Positions 21,463 to 32,847 of a stretch of 64,000 nucleotides of DNA are shown in pieces. A model generated the notes under the pieces. The model searched no databases. It saw nothing but the letters and a program-made list of their open reading frames with translations, and was not told the DNA's origin. The DNA is from a virus (Duplodnaviria; Heunggongvirae; Uroviricota; Caudoviricetes): IMG/VR virus record IMGVR_UViG_2778261224_000007; one strand, given 5' to 3'. Within the stretch, counting starts at the first letter, position 1; each line of letters begins with the position of its first letter. The position numbers and the translations under genes were made by a program.

Positions 21463-22725
21463 ATGAGCACTTCAGCACAAAACCAATCAATCGAAAATGT
21501 ATGTATCCCTGATGTCCTGAATGCCGGTATCCCGGCCATTATCCAGAACATCCGGGCCGCGCAACGCCGCGTTAGTTGTGATGACCTCACAGCACGTTTT
21601 TTTGATAATGCGGTTCAGTCAGCGGAGATGCTTCACGCACAGCTTATTGATGTTTATAACGCAGAAGCTGATAGCCATAACTCCCTGGTAGATGCAGCTG
21701 AAAATATGCAGTTGGATCTCGGTCTGAAGGGTAAAGAAATTGAAGAGCTTCAGCTGGAAATTGAACATTTGAAACGCCAGCAACAGGACGCGATCGACGA
21801 TGCGACGCATGACGCCAACCAGCGTGCTGATAATGCCGAACGTATAAGCATTGAGCTGGAAACAAAACTCAATGAAATGACCGCGATGGTTGAACTGCGG
21901 AACTCACAGATTTCAACGCTAAAATCTCAATATAAAGAGATCATGAAACTTGATCCTTTTAACCTTGAGAAACGCTATAACAAAGCTAAAAGCGAGCGAC
22001 AGGAACTGCGTAAGCAGGTCGCCGACCTTAACCAACAGCTCAAAAAAACTATTAAAGATGCAAGCGAGGCGCGCGTGGCATTTGCTAATAAAAAAGCAGA
22101 GGTTACCGCGCTGGTTAATGAGAATGCCAAATTTGCGACGCTCAAGAAGGAAATGTATGGCATTACTGAGCGCCGTTTCCCTGCAAGCAAACTTCATCCG
22201 ACGTTAGGGCAAATCTCCTTCTTCCCGCGCCTCCTAGCTTATGGGATCTCATCGCCTAAAGAGTTCAATAACGAGCGTCCTTATATCGTTTCTAAGCTGG
22301 ACTTTGCTTATCAGTTCTGCTGCGACATGGGCTATGCCATTGATATCCGAATCAACGAATGGTTGATGCCAAACTTCCAGCCGTTGGCAATTTTCCGCGA
22401 GTTCCAGCCGGAAGGTTGGGTAGAGTTCTTCCATGAATTGATCTGTAAAGAGATGGAAAGCCGCCGCCCGGAATTGGTCCGTCGAGTTGAGTGGGCGCAA
22501 GAGGTTATGTTGGCAGATGCAGAGCTGCCGTTCGAACCGGAATTCATTGATGATCTGGCAACTAAAGGGTTGCATACCCTGTTTGATGTGGTTACCCGCC
22601 GTCATGAGCAGTTGGTTGTCGAATTGGGTTTAGAGGAAACTGCGGCAAGAAGACTTCTCGATGTTTGCTATGCACGTAGCGATGCATGGGAAAAAGAGAA
22701 CGGCGGCACTATTTACGTTCGCTGA
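21463..22725 (+). CDS. hypothetical coiled-coil protein
   Basis: 420-aa ORF; heptad-rich central region (residues about 90-230). Confidence 0.5.
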   Translation: MSTSAQNQSIENVCIPDVLNAGIPAIIQNIRAAQRRVSCDDLTARFFDNAVQSAEMLHAQLIDVYNAEADSHNSLVDAAENMQLDLGLKGKEIEELQLEIEHLKRQQQDAIDDATHDANQRADNAERISIELETKLNEMTAMVELRNSQISTLKSQYKEIMKLDPFNLEKRYNKAKSERQELRKQVADLNQQLKKTIKDASEARVAFANKKAEVTALVNENAKFATLKKEMYGITERRFPASKLHPTLGQISFFPRLLAYGISSPKEFNNERPYIVSKLDFAYQFCCDMGYAIDIRINEWLMPNFQPLAIFREFQPEGWVEFFHELICKEMESRRPELVRRVEWAQEVMLADAELPFEPEFIDDLATKGLHTLFDVVTRRHEQLVVELGLEETAARRLLDVCYARSDAWEKENGGTIYVR

Positions 22726-22744
22726 TAGTTACAGTGTCACTTTT

Positions 22745-22778
22745 AATGCTGGTGGAGTGCTCCCACCAGCATTTTTTT
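22745..22778 (+). terminator. intrinsic terminator containing Chi (GCTGGTGG) in both stem arms
   Basis: AATGCTGGTGGAG-TGC-TCCCACCAGCATT followed by TTTTTTT. Confidence 0.7.
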
Positions 22779-22797
22779 CGTCCAATGAGGAGGGCAT

Positions 22798-23304
22798 TTG
22801 AGTATTTTCAATAAACACGCACACCAGGAACGTCCGTACATCGTCATAGTAGATATTGATGGGACGATATCAGAGGCAACGGAAGACAGGCTGCATTTAC
22901 TTCCACCACCTGGCAAAGGTGCATTAACAGAGCACTGGAACGAGTTTAACCTTGCCTGTGACACTGATGCTCCCATCACTCCAGTTATTGATATGGTGCG
23001 CCAGTTATTTAACGTTTACACGGTCTGGTTTGTAACCGGGCGCTGTGAGATCGCAAGGGATAAAACACGAGCCTGGCTGCGGAAGTACGTAACAAACGGT
23101 GCTGAGCCTTTGCTATCTATGCGTCCTGCCACCGATGACAGAAATGACGGCCCAGCAAAGATTGATCTCCTTAAGAAAATTGGTCTAAGTAAAATCGCGT
23201 TCGCACTGGAAGATAAGATTGAAGTGGCGCGTGTTTTCAGGAGTCACGGCGTACTTACGTTAATGGTCAGGGAGTATGAAAACGCACTTCTTCATCAACA
23301 ATAA
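22798..23304 (+). CDS. HAD-superfamily phosphatase-like protein
   Basis: 168 aa; N-terminal IVIVDIDGTIS (HAD motif I); TTG start with GAGGAGG RBS. Confidence 0.5.
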   Translation: MSIFNKHAHQERPYIVIVDIDGTISEATEDRLHLLPPPGKGALTEHWNEFNLACDTDAPITPVIDMVRQLFNVYTVWFVTGRCEIARDKTRAWLRKYVTNGAEPLLSMRPATDDRNDGPAKIDLLKKIGLSKIAFALEDKIEVARVFRSHGVLTLMVREYENALLHQQ

Positions 23305-23320
23305 TTGCTCTAATAAATCT
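23304..23320 (+). promoter_or_regulatory. C1 repressor operator
   Basis: ATTGCTCTAATAAATCT, 16/17. Confidence 0.7.
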
Positions 23321-23404
23321 TGATTTTTAAAACAGGGAAAGTGAAAATAAAAACATGCCGCAAGGGGCGCGGCATGTATCCAATCAATCACAGGAGCTGA
23401 AGAT

Positions 23405-23491
23405 ATGAACACGGCATTCAAAATCATTATGACCGCGATCTATTTCTGGCTGTTCTCTATCACTTTTGGCGGCATCGTCGCTCATGGGTAA
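23405..23491 (+). CDS. small hydrophobic peptide (28 aa)
   Basis: Hand-translated MNTAFKIIMTAIYFWLFSITFGGIVAHG behind AGGAG RBS, downstream of the C1 operator. Confidence 0.35.
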   Translation: MNTAFKIIMTAIYFWLFSITFGGIVAHG

Positions 23492-23570
23492 GGGGAGTAT
23501 ATTAGCCATTTGGGACCCCACGGTCTCTTGCGGGTTTAATTAAGAACCCGCAAGAAAAATACGAATTGGG

Positions 23571-26500
23571 CTATATTTTTCCGCCTACGCCTTTAAACTT
23601 CTCAATAAACGAGACGATTTTCTGGAAAACTGCCTGTTTTTTCGTTTTATATTGCGGATTTAACGGACTAAGTTTTGGTAATGTTTCGTTTAATTCTGTG
23701 CCATTTTCGGTGGCATATTCGCGTTTTAAAGACGTGCGAATATAGCGTTTTGCTGCATCTTCATTGAGATTTTCTTCTTTTATCAATGCTTCTGCTTCAC
23801 GTTGCTGTTCGCGTTGAGCAAACGTAAAGAATGCGTCAATGATGCTGGCTTTGTCCGGTAAATCATCCAGGTTCGTTTGCTGAATAAAATCGACCACCAG
23901 GCCCTCTTTAGCACGGTTCCCTAGGCTTGAACGAATTAAGCGTTTGACCTCTTCGATCATTTCGCCCTTGCCTTTATTTTGTCTGTTGTGTTCGAAAATC
24001 AGTCCAAGGATATAATCCAGGTTTATTTCCTGAGACTTCAGCAAATCGACCTCAAAAACTACGTCATCCCAGTCAGTGGTTGATTTCTCTTTTTTCTCAG
24101 CTTCTTTCTCACGGCGCTGCCAGTCGCGAATATCGTTATAGGCAGAACGATAATCCTGAATCTTGCGATCAGCAGGGAGACGAATTGTTTGCAATTTAGC
24201 GAACTTTTCATCATCCACATAATGCTCTGCTTTGAATTTTTCTACCGCAACAGGATCGCTAAGATCGATTTGTTGCAGGGCTTTTAGCGTGGCAAATTCA
24301 TCATAGTTTTGCAGGATGTTCTCGGCACGCAGGTATTCGCCAAACAGTTTAACGAAGTCTTTCTTCTCTTTTTCACTTTCAATACTGGCAGGGTCAGGGA
24401 ACCGTTGTTCCAGTTCTGAAACTACTGTCATAAAGCCGCGTTTAGCTTCACCAGTAGCAGCATCAGTAAAGCCTTCCATATACTCTGTATAACTCTTTTC
24501 TAACACCACATTTTTGGTGTTTTTGTCACCAAACAGCGTTATGGCATCAATAGTTGAGCGTTCCAGATCCCGGAAAGTGACGATATTACCGAAGGTTTTA
24601 GTAGCGTCATAAATGCGGTTGGTGCGGGAAAATGCCTGCATCAGGCCGTGAAAACGCAAGTTTTTATCGACGAATAGCGTGTTCAATGTTGGAGCATCGA
24701 AGCCGGTTAAAAACATCCCCACGACGATTAACAAGTCAACATCCTGATTTTTAACCCGCTGAGCCAGGTCCCGATAGTAGTTCTGAAAACCCTTGCTATC
24801 AGTACTGAAATTCATTTGAAAATGGTCGTTATATTCACGAATTGCAGCATCCAGAAACTCTTTAGCACTGCTGTCCATTGCGCTGGTATCAAAAGTTTCA
24901 TCGGAAATTTCACCAATGGCATTTTGTTCTTCATTAGCGGCAAAGGAGAAGATTGTCGCAACACGCAGCGGTTTATAGGTAGCCGATTTATTAGCGGCTT
25001 CTTCTTGTAACCGTTTAAACGTCGCATAATAGGCTTTCGCGGCATCCACGCTGCTCACTGCCAGCATGGCATTAAAGCCTTTGGAGCCTGGGAAGGTACG
25101 GTGGGTTTTCTGGCGGAAGTTGTTCAGGATATATTGCGTGATTTCCTGAATACGCATGGGATGAAGAAACGCCTGCTGATTTTCAGCCGCACTCAGTTTT
25201 TTCTCGTCAGTTTCTGTCTCTAAAGACTTAAACTGTGGCCGCACATCGTTGTAGTCCACCTTGAATTTGAGCACTTTTTCGTCACGAATCGCATCGGTAA
25301 TTACATACGAATGCAATTCACGACCAAATACGCTGGCGGTTGTTTCTGAGCCTAAGGCGTTTTCCGGGAAAATAGGGGTGCCGGTAAAACCAAACTGATA
25401 ATAGCGTTTGAATTTCTTCTTCAGGTTTTTCTGCGCTTCTCCAAACTGGCTGCGGTGGCATTCATCAAATATAAACACCACTTGCTGATTATATACAGGC
25501 AGGTCGCTTTCTGCTTTCATCAGATTATTGAGTTTCTGAATAGTAGTGACGATAATTTTGTTATCGTCCTTATCCAGATTTCGTTTAAGGCCTGCGGTAT
25601 TTTCCGAGCCGTTGACGCTGTCTGGCGAAAAACGCTGATATTCCTTCATGGTCTGGTAATCGAGGTCTTTCCTGTCGACCACAAAGAAGACTTTATCAAT
25701 AAAGTCCAGCTCTGTTGCCAGACGCGCGGCTTTAAAGCTGGTGAGGGTTTTACCAGAACCGGTAGTGTGCCAGATATACCCACCGCTTTCCGGTTTTGAC
25801 CAGTTCTTCGCTGTAAAGGAACTCTTAATTTTCCACAGAATGCGCTCGGTGGCGGCAATCTGGTACGGTCGCATCACCAGTAGCGTCTGACTACTGTCAA
25901 AAACGCTGTAGTTCACCAGAACATTCAGCAGAGTATGTTTCTGGAAAAAGGTAGCGGTAAAGTCTTTGAGGTCTTTAATCAGCGTGTTGTCTGATTTCGC
26001 CCAATTCATGGTGAAGTCAAAACTGTTTTTATCGCGCTTTGTCGTGTTGGCAAAATAACGGGTATCGGTGCCGTTAGAAATGACAAACAGTTGCAGATAC
26101 TTAAACAGGGAATTTTCGCTGTTAAAACTCTCTTTACTGTAACGATGTATCTGGTTGAAAGCCTCACGAATCGCCACCCCGCGTTTTTTTAGTTCGATTT
26201 GCACCAGCGGTAAACCATTAACCAGGATCGTGACGTCATAACGGTTAGCATGAGAACCCGTCTGTTCAAACTGCTGGATAATCTGCACCTTATTGCGCAT
26301 GAGATTCTTTTTATCTATCAAATAGATGTTCTCAAGTCGCTCGTCATCAAAAATAAAGTCGCAAATATAGTCGATATGGATTTTACGGGTCTTATCCAGA
26401 ATGCCATCGCTCGGGTTGTCCAGATACTGCTCCGTGAAACGCCGCCACTCGCTGTCATTAAACACCACACCATTGAGGCTCTGAAGCTGTTGTCGAACAT

Positions 26501-26687
26501 TGGCCAGCATCGCCGACTGAGATTTTACGGATATAAATTCATAGCCCTGATTTCGCAGGTCCTGAATCAGTTCACGTTCCAGGTCCGATTCGCTCTGGTA
26601 GCTGTCGCCTGTTGGCTCAGCTTTGATGTACTTATCAAGAACGATAAAGTTATTGGATTCAGCAATGGTGTGTGTCTGATGAGTCAT
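23571..26687 (-). CDS. hsdR: type I restriction enzyme R subunit
   Basis: 1038 aa; Walker [13 protein letters not shown]-like [10 protein letters not shown], typical HsdR length and motif order. Confidence 0.9.
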   Translation of the reverse strand: MTHQTHTIAESNNFIVLDKYIKAEPTGDSYQSESDLERELIQDLRNQGYEFISVKSQSAMLANVRQQLQSLNGVVFNDSEWRRFTEQYLDNPSDGILDKTRKIHIDYICDFIFDDERLENIYLIDKKNLMRNKVQIIQQFEQTGSHANRYDVTILVNGLPLVQIELKKRGVAIREAFNQIHRYSKESFNSENSLFKYLQLFVISNGTDTRYFANTTKRDKNSFDFTMNWAKSDNTLIKDLKDFTATFFQKHTLLNVLVNYSVFDSSQTLLVMRPYQIAATERILWKIKSSFTAKNWSKPESGGYIWHTTGSGKTLTSFKAARLATELDFIDKVFFVVDRKDLDYQTMKEYQRFSPDSVNGSENTAGLKRNLDKDDNKIIVTTIQKLNNLMKAESDLPVYNQQVVFIFDECHRSQFGEAQKNLKKKFKRYYQFGFTGTPIFPENALGSETTASVFGRELHSYVITDAIRDEKVLKFKVDYNDVRPQFKSLETETDEKKLSAAENQQAFLHPMRIQEITQYILNNFRQKTHRTFPGSKGFNAMLAVSSVDAAKAYYATFKRLQEEAANKSATYKPLRVATIFSFAANEEQNAIGEISDETFDTSAMDSSAKEFLDAAIREYNDHFQMNFSTDSKGFQNYYRDLAQRVKNQDVDLLIVVGMFLTGFDAPTLNTLFVDKNLRFHGLMQAFSRTNRIYDATKTFGNIVTFRDLERSTIDAITLFGDKNTKNVVLEKSYTEYMEGFTDAATGEAKRGFMTVVSELEQRFPDPASIESEKEKKDFVKLFGEYLRAENILQNYDEFATLKALQQIDLSDPVAVEKFKAEHYVDDEKFAKLQTIRLPADRKIQDYRSAYNDIRDWQRREKEAEKKEKSTTDWDDVVFEVDLLKSQEINLDYILGLIFEHNRQNKGKGEMIEEVKRLIRSSLGNRAKEGLVVDFIQQTNLDDLPDKASIIDAFFTFAQREQQREAEALIKEENLNEDAAKRYIRTSLKREYATENGTELNETLPKLSPLNPQYKTKKQAVFQKIVSFIEKFKGVGGKI

Positions 26688-26808
26688 AGCGCATCCTTTG
26701 TGCCGTCTGGCAAGGGCCGGAAGGGGGGTAATGGTGACTTCCGGCGCGTAAAAAATAGTCTATATACTGACCGGGTGTTAAGGTGGTCCGATCGGTAGCA
26801 ATGATCAA

Positions 26809-27435
26809 TTAATTACTGACAGTTTCAGGTTTCGGGAAACTGAACAGTAAATCACGGTAGTATTCGTATTGTTTCTGGCGCAACTCGATTTCACGCGGAA
26901 GACCTTCGGTGATGGAGTTAGTCAGGGTGTCGAAATTATCCAGAATCCGAACGATTTCAGACTGGATGGCAAGGGATTTTTCCGGATTATCCGGGCAGGG
27001 GATTGGGATTTTTTTTTGAGAATAATTACTAATCCATTGGCGTTTATGGTCTCCCTCTGCGAATTCACTTGGTAATGTATTGAGCCAATAGTAAACATAT
27101 TTCAGTAAGGTTTTATTATCATCACATGATGTAACCATTTTCATAGCCGATGATTTTGCCTTAAAGTCAAAATCCACCCATTTATTAGCGGTGGTGAAAT
27201 CATCAAAAATTATTACAGGTGCCTTTGATGCCTGATAAATACCATGAGTCTCATTTGTGTATCCAAGAATAAATGTTTTTCCGGCAGTAAGAACCGGGAT
27301 GGTATATGTGTCGTGATAATCTTTTGCTTTTACCAAATACTTTGTTGGCTGTTCATATTTGGTTATTTCCCCCAATGGCAACCACTCAACCTCAACCCCA
27401 TCCAGCAATTTTTCCAGATAACTTAACTCGCTCAT
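26809..27435 (-). CDS. hsdS: type I R-M specificity subunit, half-size (single target-recognition domain)
   Basis: 208 aa; one variable TRD plus conserved C-terminal helix ([17 protein letters not shown]...[15 protein letters not shown]); ATG overlaps hsdM stop. Confidence 0.75.
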   Translation of the reverse strand: MSELSYLEKLLDGVEVEWLPLGEITKYEQPTKYLVKAKDYHDTYTIPVLTAGKTFILGYTNETHGIYQASKAPVIIFDDFTTANKWVDFDFKAKSSAMKMVTSCDDNKTLLKYVYYWLNTLPSEFAEGDHKRQWISNYSQKKIPIPCPDNPEKSLAIQSEIVRILDNFDTLTNSITEGLPREIELRQKQYEYYRDLLFSFPKPETVSN

Positions 27436-28994
27436 TTTTGCACCTCGCAGCCTTCAATTTCAGCCACAATCGCATCAATATCTTTACGCAACTGGTCGAT
27501 TTTGCTGACCGTGGTTTTCAGCTCAGCATTCAGCTCAGCAATATCGATAATTTCGCGGTTATCTTTCGCTTCCACATAGCTGCTCACCGACAGGTTATAG
27601 TCATTAGCAACAACGGTCTCAAACGCGACAGATTTCGCCAGATGAGCAACATCTTCCTTGCTGGCAAATACCTGCATAATCTGTTCGATATGGGTATCGG
27701 TCAGGATATTGTTGTTAGTCTCTTTTTTGAACAGTTCGCTGGCGTCAATAAACTGAACGTTGGTATCCGTTTTATGTTTGGACAGAACCAGAATGTTTAC
27801 TGCAATGGTGGTGCCAAAGAACAGGTTCGGTGCCAGTGAAATTACGGTTTCGACATAGTTATTGTCAATCAGATACTGACGGATTTTCTGCTCCGCGCCG
27901 CCACGGTAAAAAATACCCGGGAAGCAAACAATCGCAGCACGACCTTTGGCAGAAAGATAGTTCAGCGCATGTAGTACAAAGGCGAAGTCAGCTTTTGATT
28001 TGGGGGCCAGAACGCCAGCCGGGGCAAAACGCTCATCGTTAATCAGTGTCGGGTCATCGCTGCCAATCCATTTCACCGAATACGGCGGGTTAGAAACGAT
28101 GGCATCAAACGGTTTTTCATCTCTGAAGTGCGGCTCAGTCAGTGTATTACCCAGCCTGATATCAAACTTGTCGTAGTTGATGTTGTGCAAAAACATGTTC
28201 ATACGCGCCAGATTATAGGTCGTATGGTTGATTTCCTGACCGAAAAAGCCTTCTTCGATGATATGGTTATCAAACTGCTTTTTCGCCTGCAACAACAGCG
28301 AGCCGGAACCCGCTGCCGGGTCGTAGATTTTGTTAACGTTGGTCTGCCCGTGCATAGCCAGTTGTGCAATCAGCCTGGAGACGTGCTGCGGTGTAAAGAA
28401 CTCACCGCCTGACTTACCAGCATTCGCCGCATAGTTAGAAATCAGGAACTCATAGGCATCGCCGAACAGGTCAATCTGATGTTCGTTAAAGTCGCCAAGC
28501 TTTAAGCCTTCAACCCCTTTCAGGACCGCAGCCAGGCGGGCATTTTTATCCTTAACGGTGTTACCCAGGCGGTTACTGGTGGTATCGAAATCAGCAAACA
28601 GACCTTTGATGTCTGCTTCTGAAGGATAACCGTAAGCAGAACTTTCGATAGCAACGAAGATGCTGTTTAAATCTGCATTCAGTCTGTCATTGGTATTTGC
28701 TTTCGCCGCTACGTTGCAGAAAAGCTGACTGGGGTAGATGAAGTAGCCTTTAGTTTTGATGGCATCGTCTTTAATATCATCAGTAATTACGCTGTCATCC
28801 AGTTTCGCATAACAGATACTGTCATCACCGGCTTCAATATAGCTGGAAAAATTTTCGCTGATAAAACGGTAGAAAAGTGCGCCCAGAACGTATTGCTTAA
28901 AATCCCATCCATCGACCGAACCCCTGACATCGTTAGCAATTTGCCAGATTTGACGATGAAGCTCTGCACGTTGTTGAATACTTGTCATTTTCAT
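27432..28994 (-). CDS. hsdM: type I R-M N6-adenine DNA methyltransferase subunit
   Basis: 520 aa; HsdM N-terminal domain and NPPY motif ([10 protein letters not shown]). Confidence 0.9.
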   Translation of the reverse strand: MKMTSIQQRAELHRQIWQIANDVRGSVDGWDFKQYVLGALFYRFISENFSSYIEAGDDSICYAKLDDSVITDDIKDDAIKTKGYFIYPSQLFCNVAAKANTNDRLNADLNSIFVAIESSAYGYPSEADIKGLFADFDTTSNRLGNTVKDKNARLAAVLKGVEGLKLGDFNEHQIDLFGDAYEFLISNYAANAGKSGGEFFTPQHVSRLIAQLAMHGQTNVNKIYDPAAGSGSLLLQAKKQFDNHIIEEGFFGQEINHTTYNLARMNMFLHNINYDKFDIRLGNTLTEPHFRDEKPFDAIVSNPPYSVKWIGSDDPTLINDERFAPAGVLAPKSKADFAFVLHALNYLSAKGRAAIVCFPGIFYRGGAEQKIRQYLIDNNYVETVISLAPNLFFGTTIAVNILVLSKHKTDTNVQFIDASELFKKETNNNILTDTHIEQIMQVFASKEDVAHLAKSVAFETVVANDYNLSVSSYVEAKDNREIIDIAELNAELKTTVSKIDQLRKDIDAIVAEIEGCEVQK

Positions 28995-29170
28995 CCACTT
29001 ATTTCAGGCTTATGTAATTGGATGTGATTCTACAGCAACTTGGATGCTTTAGCAGTTCGGATATTAGGCTACGAATGACCTGCCTAGAGGTTTGTTAAGC
29101 CGCAAAGTGCTGGTGCTTTATGTCTGTGAAGTTTATAATTGCGTACACATAACGAGTACACGAGGTATTT

Positions 29171-29392
29171 ATGCAATCCATTAACTTCCGTACCGCGCGC
29201 GGCAACCTTTCTGAAGTGCTCAACAATGTTGAAGCCGGGGAAGAGGTTGAAATCACCCGCAGAGGCCGTGAGCCAGCAGTAATTGTCAGCAAGGCTACTT
29301 TCGAAGCCTACAAAAAAGCGGCGCTGGATGCTGAATTTGCATCCCTGTTTGACACCCTGGACTCCACCAACAAGGAACTGGTTAACCGATAA
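29171..29392 (+). CDS. phd: antitoxin Phd
   Basis: 73-aa protein upstream of and overlapping doc. Confidence 0.9.
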
Positions 29393-29772
29393 TGAGGCAT
29401 ATATCACCGGAAGAACTTATTGCGCTTCATGATGCGAATATAAGCCGCTACGGCGGCCTGCCGGGAATGTCAGATCCGGGTAGGGCAGAGGCCATTATCG
29501 GGAGAGTTCAGGCCAGAGTTGCCTACGAAGAGATCACCGACCTTTTCGAAGTCTCCGCCACCTACCTGGTGGCTACAGCGAGAGGGCATATATTCAATGA
29601 TGCCAATAAGCGTACCGCGCTAAACAGCGCGCTGCTATTTCTACGCCGTAACGGGGTGCAGGTATTTGATTCACCTGAACTGGTAGACCTTACCGTAGGG
29701 GCTGCGACCGGAGAGATATCTGTATCTTCTGTCGCCGACACGTTACGTAGATTGTATGGTTCTGCGGAGTAG
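29392..29772 (+). CDS. doc: toxin Doc (Fic-fold kinase)
   Basis: 126 aa; [12 protein letters not shown] Fic-like motif; start overlaps phd stop. Confidence 0.9.
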
Positions 29773-29776
29773 ATTA

Positions 29777-29956
29777 ATGGCACGTAAATACAACAAGTTG
29801 TCCCGTGAAGCGTTAAAGATGCTTCTTGATGGCGTGAGCCGCCGCAAGGTAAAGCAATACCTGGTTGGTAAGCAAATTGGAGTCAGGACCGCTATTGCTG
29901 TGTTATGCCGTCAGGAAATGGTTGTGCTTAAACAGAGAATGCCGGGCAGCAGATAA
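29777..29956 (+). CDS. hypothetical small basic protein (post-doc ORF)
   Basis: ATG 29777 with GGAG RBS; 59 aa. Confidence 0.4.
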   Translation: MARKYNKLSREALKMLLDGVSRRKVKQYLVGKQIGVRTAIAVLCRQEMVVLKQRMPGSR

Positions 29957-29983
29957 AGCCCAATCAGTGATTAAAGGTGTGAT

Positions 29984-31027
29984 GTGAAAGCCATAATTAC
30001 TCCCTTTGTACAGAAAGAGCTTGGCCTCGCCACGTTCAAAGTGGATCAGGAGGTCAGAAAGCTGGTGGAGGCTGGCCGTAAATTTATTATGGAGCCGGTG
30101 CCGCGTGAGTTAATCGAGCACATGGAAGACGGCCTCGTTGTTACCGAGCAAACCATGGCAACAAATGAGGCGTTGCAGCCGTTTTTTAACAGCGATGAAC
30201 TGTTTCGCCGTATTGGTGGAATTGACGCGCTGGTGGCGTGGTTGCGTAAGAAAGAGGGTCAATGCCAGGCCGCAGATCGTAGTTGGTGTGACAACCATAT
30301 TGTCCACGCTGAACGAGACAATAGCGCGGTGTTGTTGTGCTGGCATCACGATAACCATTATCGGATGCGTGGTTTTAATGAGCTGAAAGAAACGCTGCAC
30401 AATAATCGCGTTAACTGGATACTGGATGTCGCCCGTCAGGAAATGGGCCTTTCAAATAGCCATGATTTAAGTATTCAGGAGCTGTGCTGGTGGGCTTTCA
30501 TGCGCAACATGATGCACCTGATGCCGGAAGAAGTCTGCCGCATATCAATAAATAAGATGAAGGCTACTCCGCAGGATAGCGGACCTCTGAAAGAGGCGGA
30601 TATTCGCCCGTATGACGATCGCGCTACAGCATATGTTCAGATGATGGAAGAACGCGCCGCGCCGATGCGTGCAAAAGTATGCCCTGTGGATGTTGACTCC
30701 GACCCTGGCATGGCGCATTTCAAAATACCAAAACTGCAATCGCTAAAATTACCTGAGTACATGGACTTTGTTGCTTCCCGTCCATGCTGTGGGTGTGGAG
30801 CTGCGGGAGCTGGCGCTCACATTACGCCTCATATCGTTCGTCATAGTCGATTATGCGCGCATGACATTTACGCAATTCCTCTGTGCCAGTCATGCCAGCG
30901 TGATATTGAGCGTGACCGCGATAATTGGGAGAAGACGCACGGTAGGTTGGCGATGCATCAACGATTGTTCTTTGATTACGCGCTTGGAGTCGGCGCTATC
31001 ACAAGTCACTCGTCGAACGTTAGGTAA
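29984..31027 (+). CDS. hypothetical Cys-rich protein
   Basis: 347-aa ORF, GTG start with AAAGGTG RBS; C-terminal [12 protein letters not shown]...CQSCQ cluster. Confidence 0.5.
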   Translation: MKAIITPFVQKELGLATFKVDQEVRKLVEAGRKFIMEPVPRELIEHMEDGLVVTEQTMATNEALQPFFNSDELFRRIGGIDALVAWLRKKEGQCQAADRSWCDNHIVHAERDNSAVLLCWHHDNHYRMRGFNELKETLHNNRVNWILDVARQEMGLSNSHDLSIQELCWWAFMRNMMHLMPEEVCRISINKMKATPQDSGPLKEADIRPYDDRATAYVQMMEERAAPMRAKVCPVDVDSDPGMAHFKIPKLQSLKLPEYMDFVASRPCCGCGAAGAGAHITPHIVRHSRLCAHDIYAIPLCQSCQRDIERDRDNWEKTHGRLAMHQRLFFDYALGVGAITSHSSNVR

Positions 31028-31028
31028 A

Positions 31029-31045
31029 ATTGCTCTAATGTATTG
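31029..31045 (+). promoter_or_regulatory. C1 repressor operator (weaker match)
   Basis: ATTGCTCTAATGTATTG upstream of lpa. Confidence 0.5.
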
Positions 31046-31115
31046 CTATTTATTTAATCTATGGTATTATATTCCACGTTGATTAGTTGACATGGGCTAA
31101 TCAGTAGGTGACAGG

Positions 31116-31568
31116 ATGTTACTTAACTGGCAGGGACGCCACTTCATGGAAATAAATCACTTACGAATAACATCGTATGAGATTGCGGATTACATGATCC
31201 GCACCAAATCTCTTCTATCAGCGAAAGAACTCGCAGCAATCCTTGAAAAGGAATACCCGCATCTGGATGTCGATAAGCGCGACGTTTATCTGCGCTTAAA
31301 GGCTATCGCTGTGTCTAAGTATTCGTCTGTTTTGATTGATGACAGTACACGCCCACGTAGATTTCAGATCCACTCTCTGAATCCTGAATTCTTTCGCCGC
31401 AGCCGCGCGCCGCGCCGGTTTGATGAAAAACTCCAGAACGAACTCTATATGACGCAGGACGAAAAGGAACGCCGGGAACACCAGCCTTGGGTAATGGCGC
31501 GTCAACTTTTCAATAAGGTAGCCCGTCAGCACCGTCATTACGGTAATGCCACATCCGCACGTATCTGA
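31116..31568 (+). CDS. lpa: late promoter activator Lpa
   Basis: 150-aa ORF between an operator and pacA, as in P1; start could be the internal ATG at 31146. Confidence 0.65.
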   Translation: MLLNWQGRHFMEINHLRITSYEIADYMIRTKSLLSAKELAAILEKEYPHLDVDKRDVYLRLKAIAVSKYSSVLIDDSTRPRRFQIHSLNPEFFRRSRAPRRFDEKLQNELYMTQDEKERREHQPWVMARQLFNKVARQHRHYGNATSARI

Positions 31569-31594
31569 TTGATTGCTTGCCCGTTCCGGGCCTT

Positions 31595-31618
31595 TTGACA
31601 TGTGACTTTCGTTACCCT
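31595..31618 (+). promoter_or_regulatory. candidate late promoter upstream of pacA
   Basis: TTGACATGTGACTTTCGTTACCCT, shares the GTGACT core with other late-promoter candidates. Confidence 0.35.
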
Positions 31619-31653
31619 CGCGTCAAAAAGAGTTTTTACGAAAGGAAGCATAA

Positions 31654-32847
31654 GTGACCTGGGACGATCACAAGAAGAATTTTGCTCGCCTGGCGCGAGA
31701 TGGTGGTTACACCATCGCACAATATGCCGCCGAGTTTAATCTCAACCCAAACACCGCACGTCGTTATCTCCGTGCATTCAAAGAAGACACCAGAACAGCG
31801 GACAGCCGTAAGCCAAATAAGCCTGTCAGGAAACCACTAAAAAGCATGATCATTGATCACGCTAATGATCAACGTGCAGGTGATCACATTGTGGCTGAAG
31901 TGGCTGAAAAACAAAGAGTTAATGCTGTTGTCAGTGCCGCAGTCGAGAACGCTAAGCGCCAAAATAAGCGCATAAATGATCGTTCTGATGATCATGACGT
32001 GATCACCCGCGCCCACCGTACCTTACGTGATCGCCTGGAACGCGACACCCTGGATGATGATGGTGAACGCTTTGAATTCGAAGCTGGCGATTACCTGATA
32101 GATAACGTTGAAGCGCGGAAGGCCGCGCGCGCTATGTTGCGTCGGTCCGGGGCCGATGTTCTGGAAACCACTCTTCTGGAAAAGTCTCTTTCTCATCTCC
32201 TTATGCTGGAGAACGCCAGGGATACGTGCATTCGCCTGGTGCAGGAAATGCGCGATCAGCAAAAAGACGATGATGAAGGTACTCCGCCTGAATACCGTAT
32301 CGCGAGCATGCTAAACAGCTGTTCCGCGCAGATAAGCAGCCTGATCAACACCATTTACAGCATCCGGAATAACTATCGAAAAGAAAGCCGGGAGGCGGAA
32401 AAGCACGCTTTATCTATGGGGCAAGCTGGCATTGTTAAGCTGGCATACGAACGAAAGCGTGAAAATAACTGGTCAGTGCTGGAAGCGGCTGAATTCATCG
32501 AGGCGCATGGAGGAAAAGTGCCGCCCCTGATGCTGGAGCAAATCAAAGCCGATCTGCGTGCTCCTAAGACCAATACCGATGATGAGGAAAATCAAACAGC
32601 ATCTGGCGCTCCATCACTTGAAGATCTGGATAAAATCGCGCGAGAACGGGCCGCCAGCCGCCGCGCTGATGCCGCATTGTGGATTGAGCATCGTAGAGAA
32701 GAAATTGCCGATATCGTCGATACAGGTGGTTATGGTGATGTCGATGCGGAAGGCATATCAAACGAAGCATGGCTTGAACAGGATCTGGACGAAGACGAGG
32801 AGGAAGACGAAGAAGTTACCCGCAAACTGTACGGGGATGATGATTAA
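31654..32847 (+). CDS. pacA: terminase small subunit PacA (contains the pac site)
   Basis: 397 aa, GTG start with AAGGAAG RBS; GATC-hexamer pac site inside the coding sequence. Confidence 0.85.
31846..32006. other. pac: pac packaging site: two clusters of TGATCA hexamers (4 + 3 GATC sites)
   Basis: GATC at 31848, 31856, 31867, 31882 and 31978, 31990, 32001, all within TGATCA(N) elements. Confidence 0.85.

Noticed and set aside
23525-23560. Inverted repeat TCTTGCGGGTT...AACCCGCAAGA as the hsdR terminator
   Set aside because: The U-run is on the wrong side for both strands; noted as a hairpin but not called a terminator
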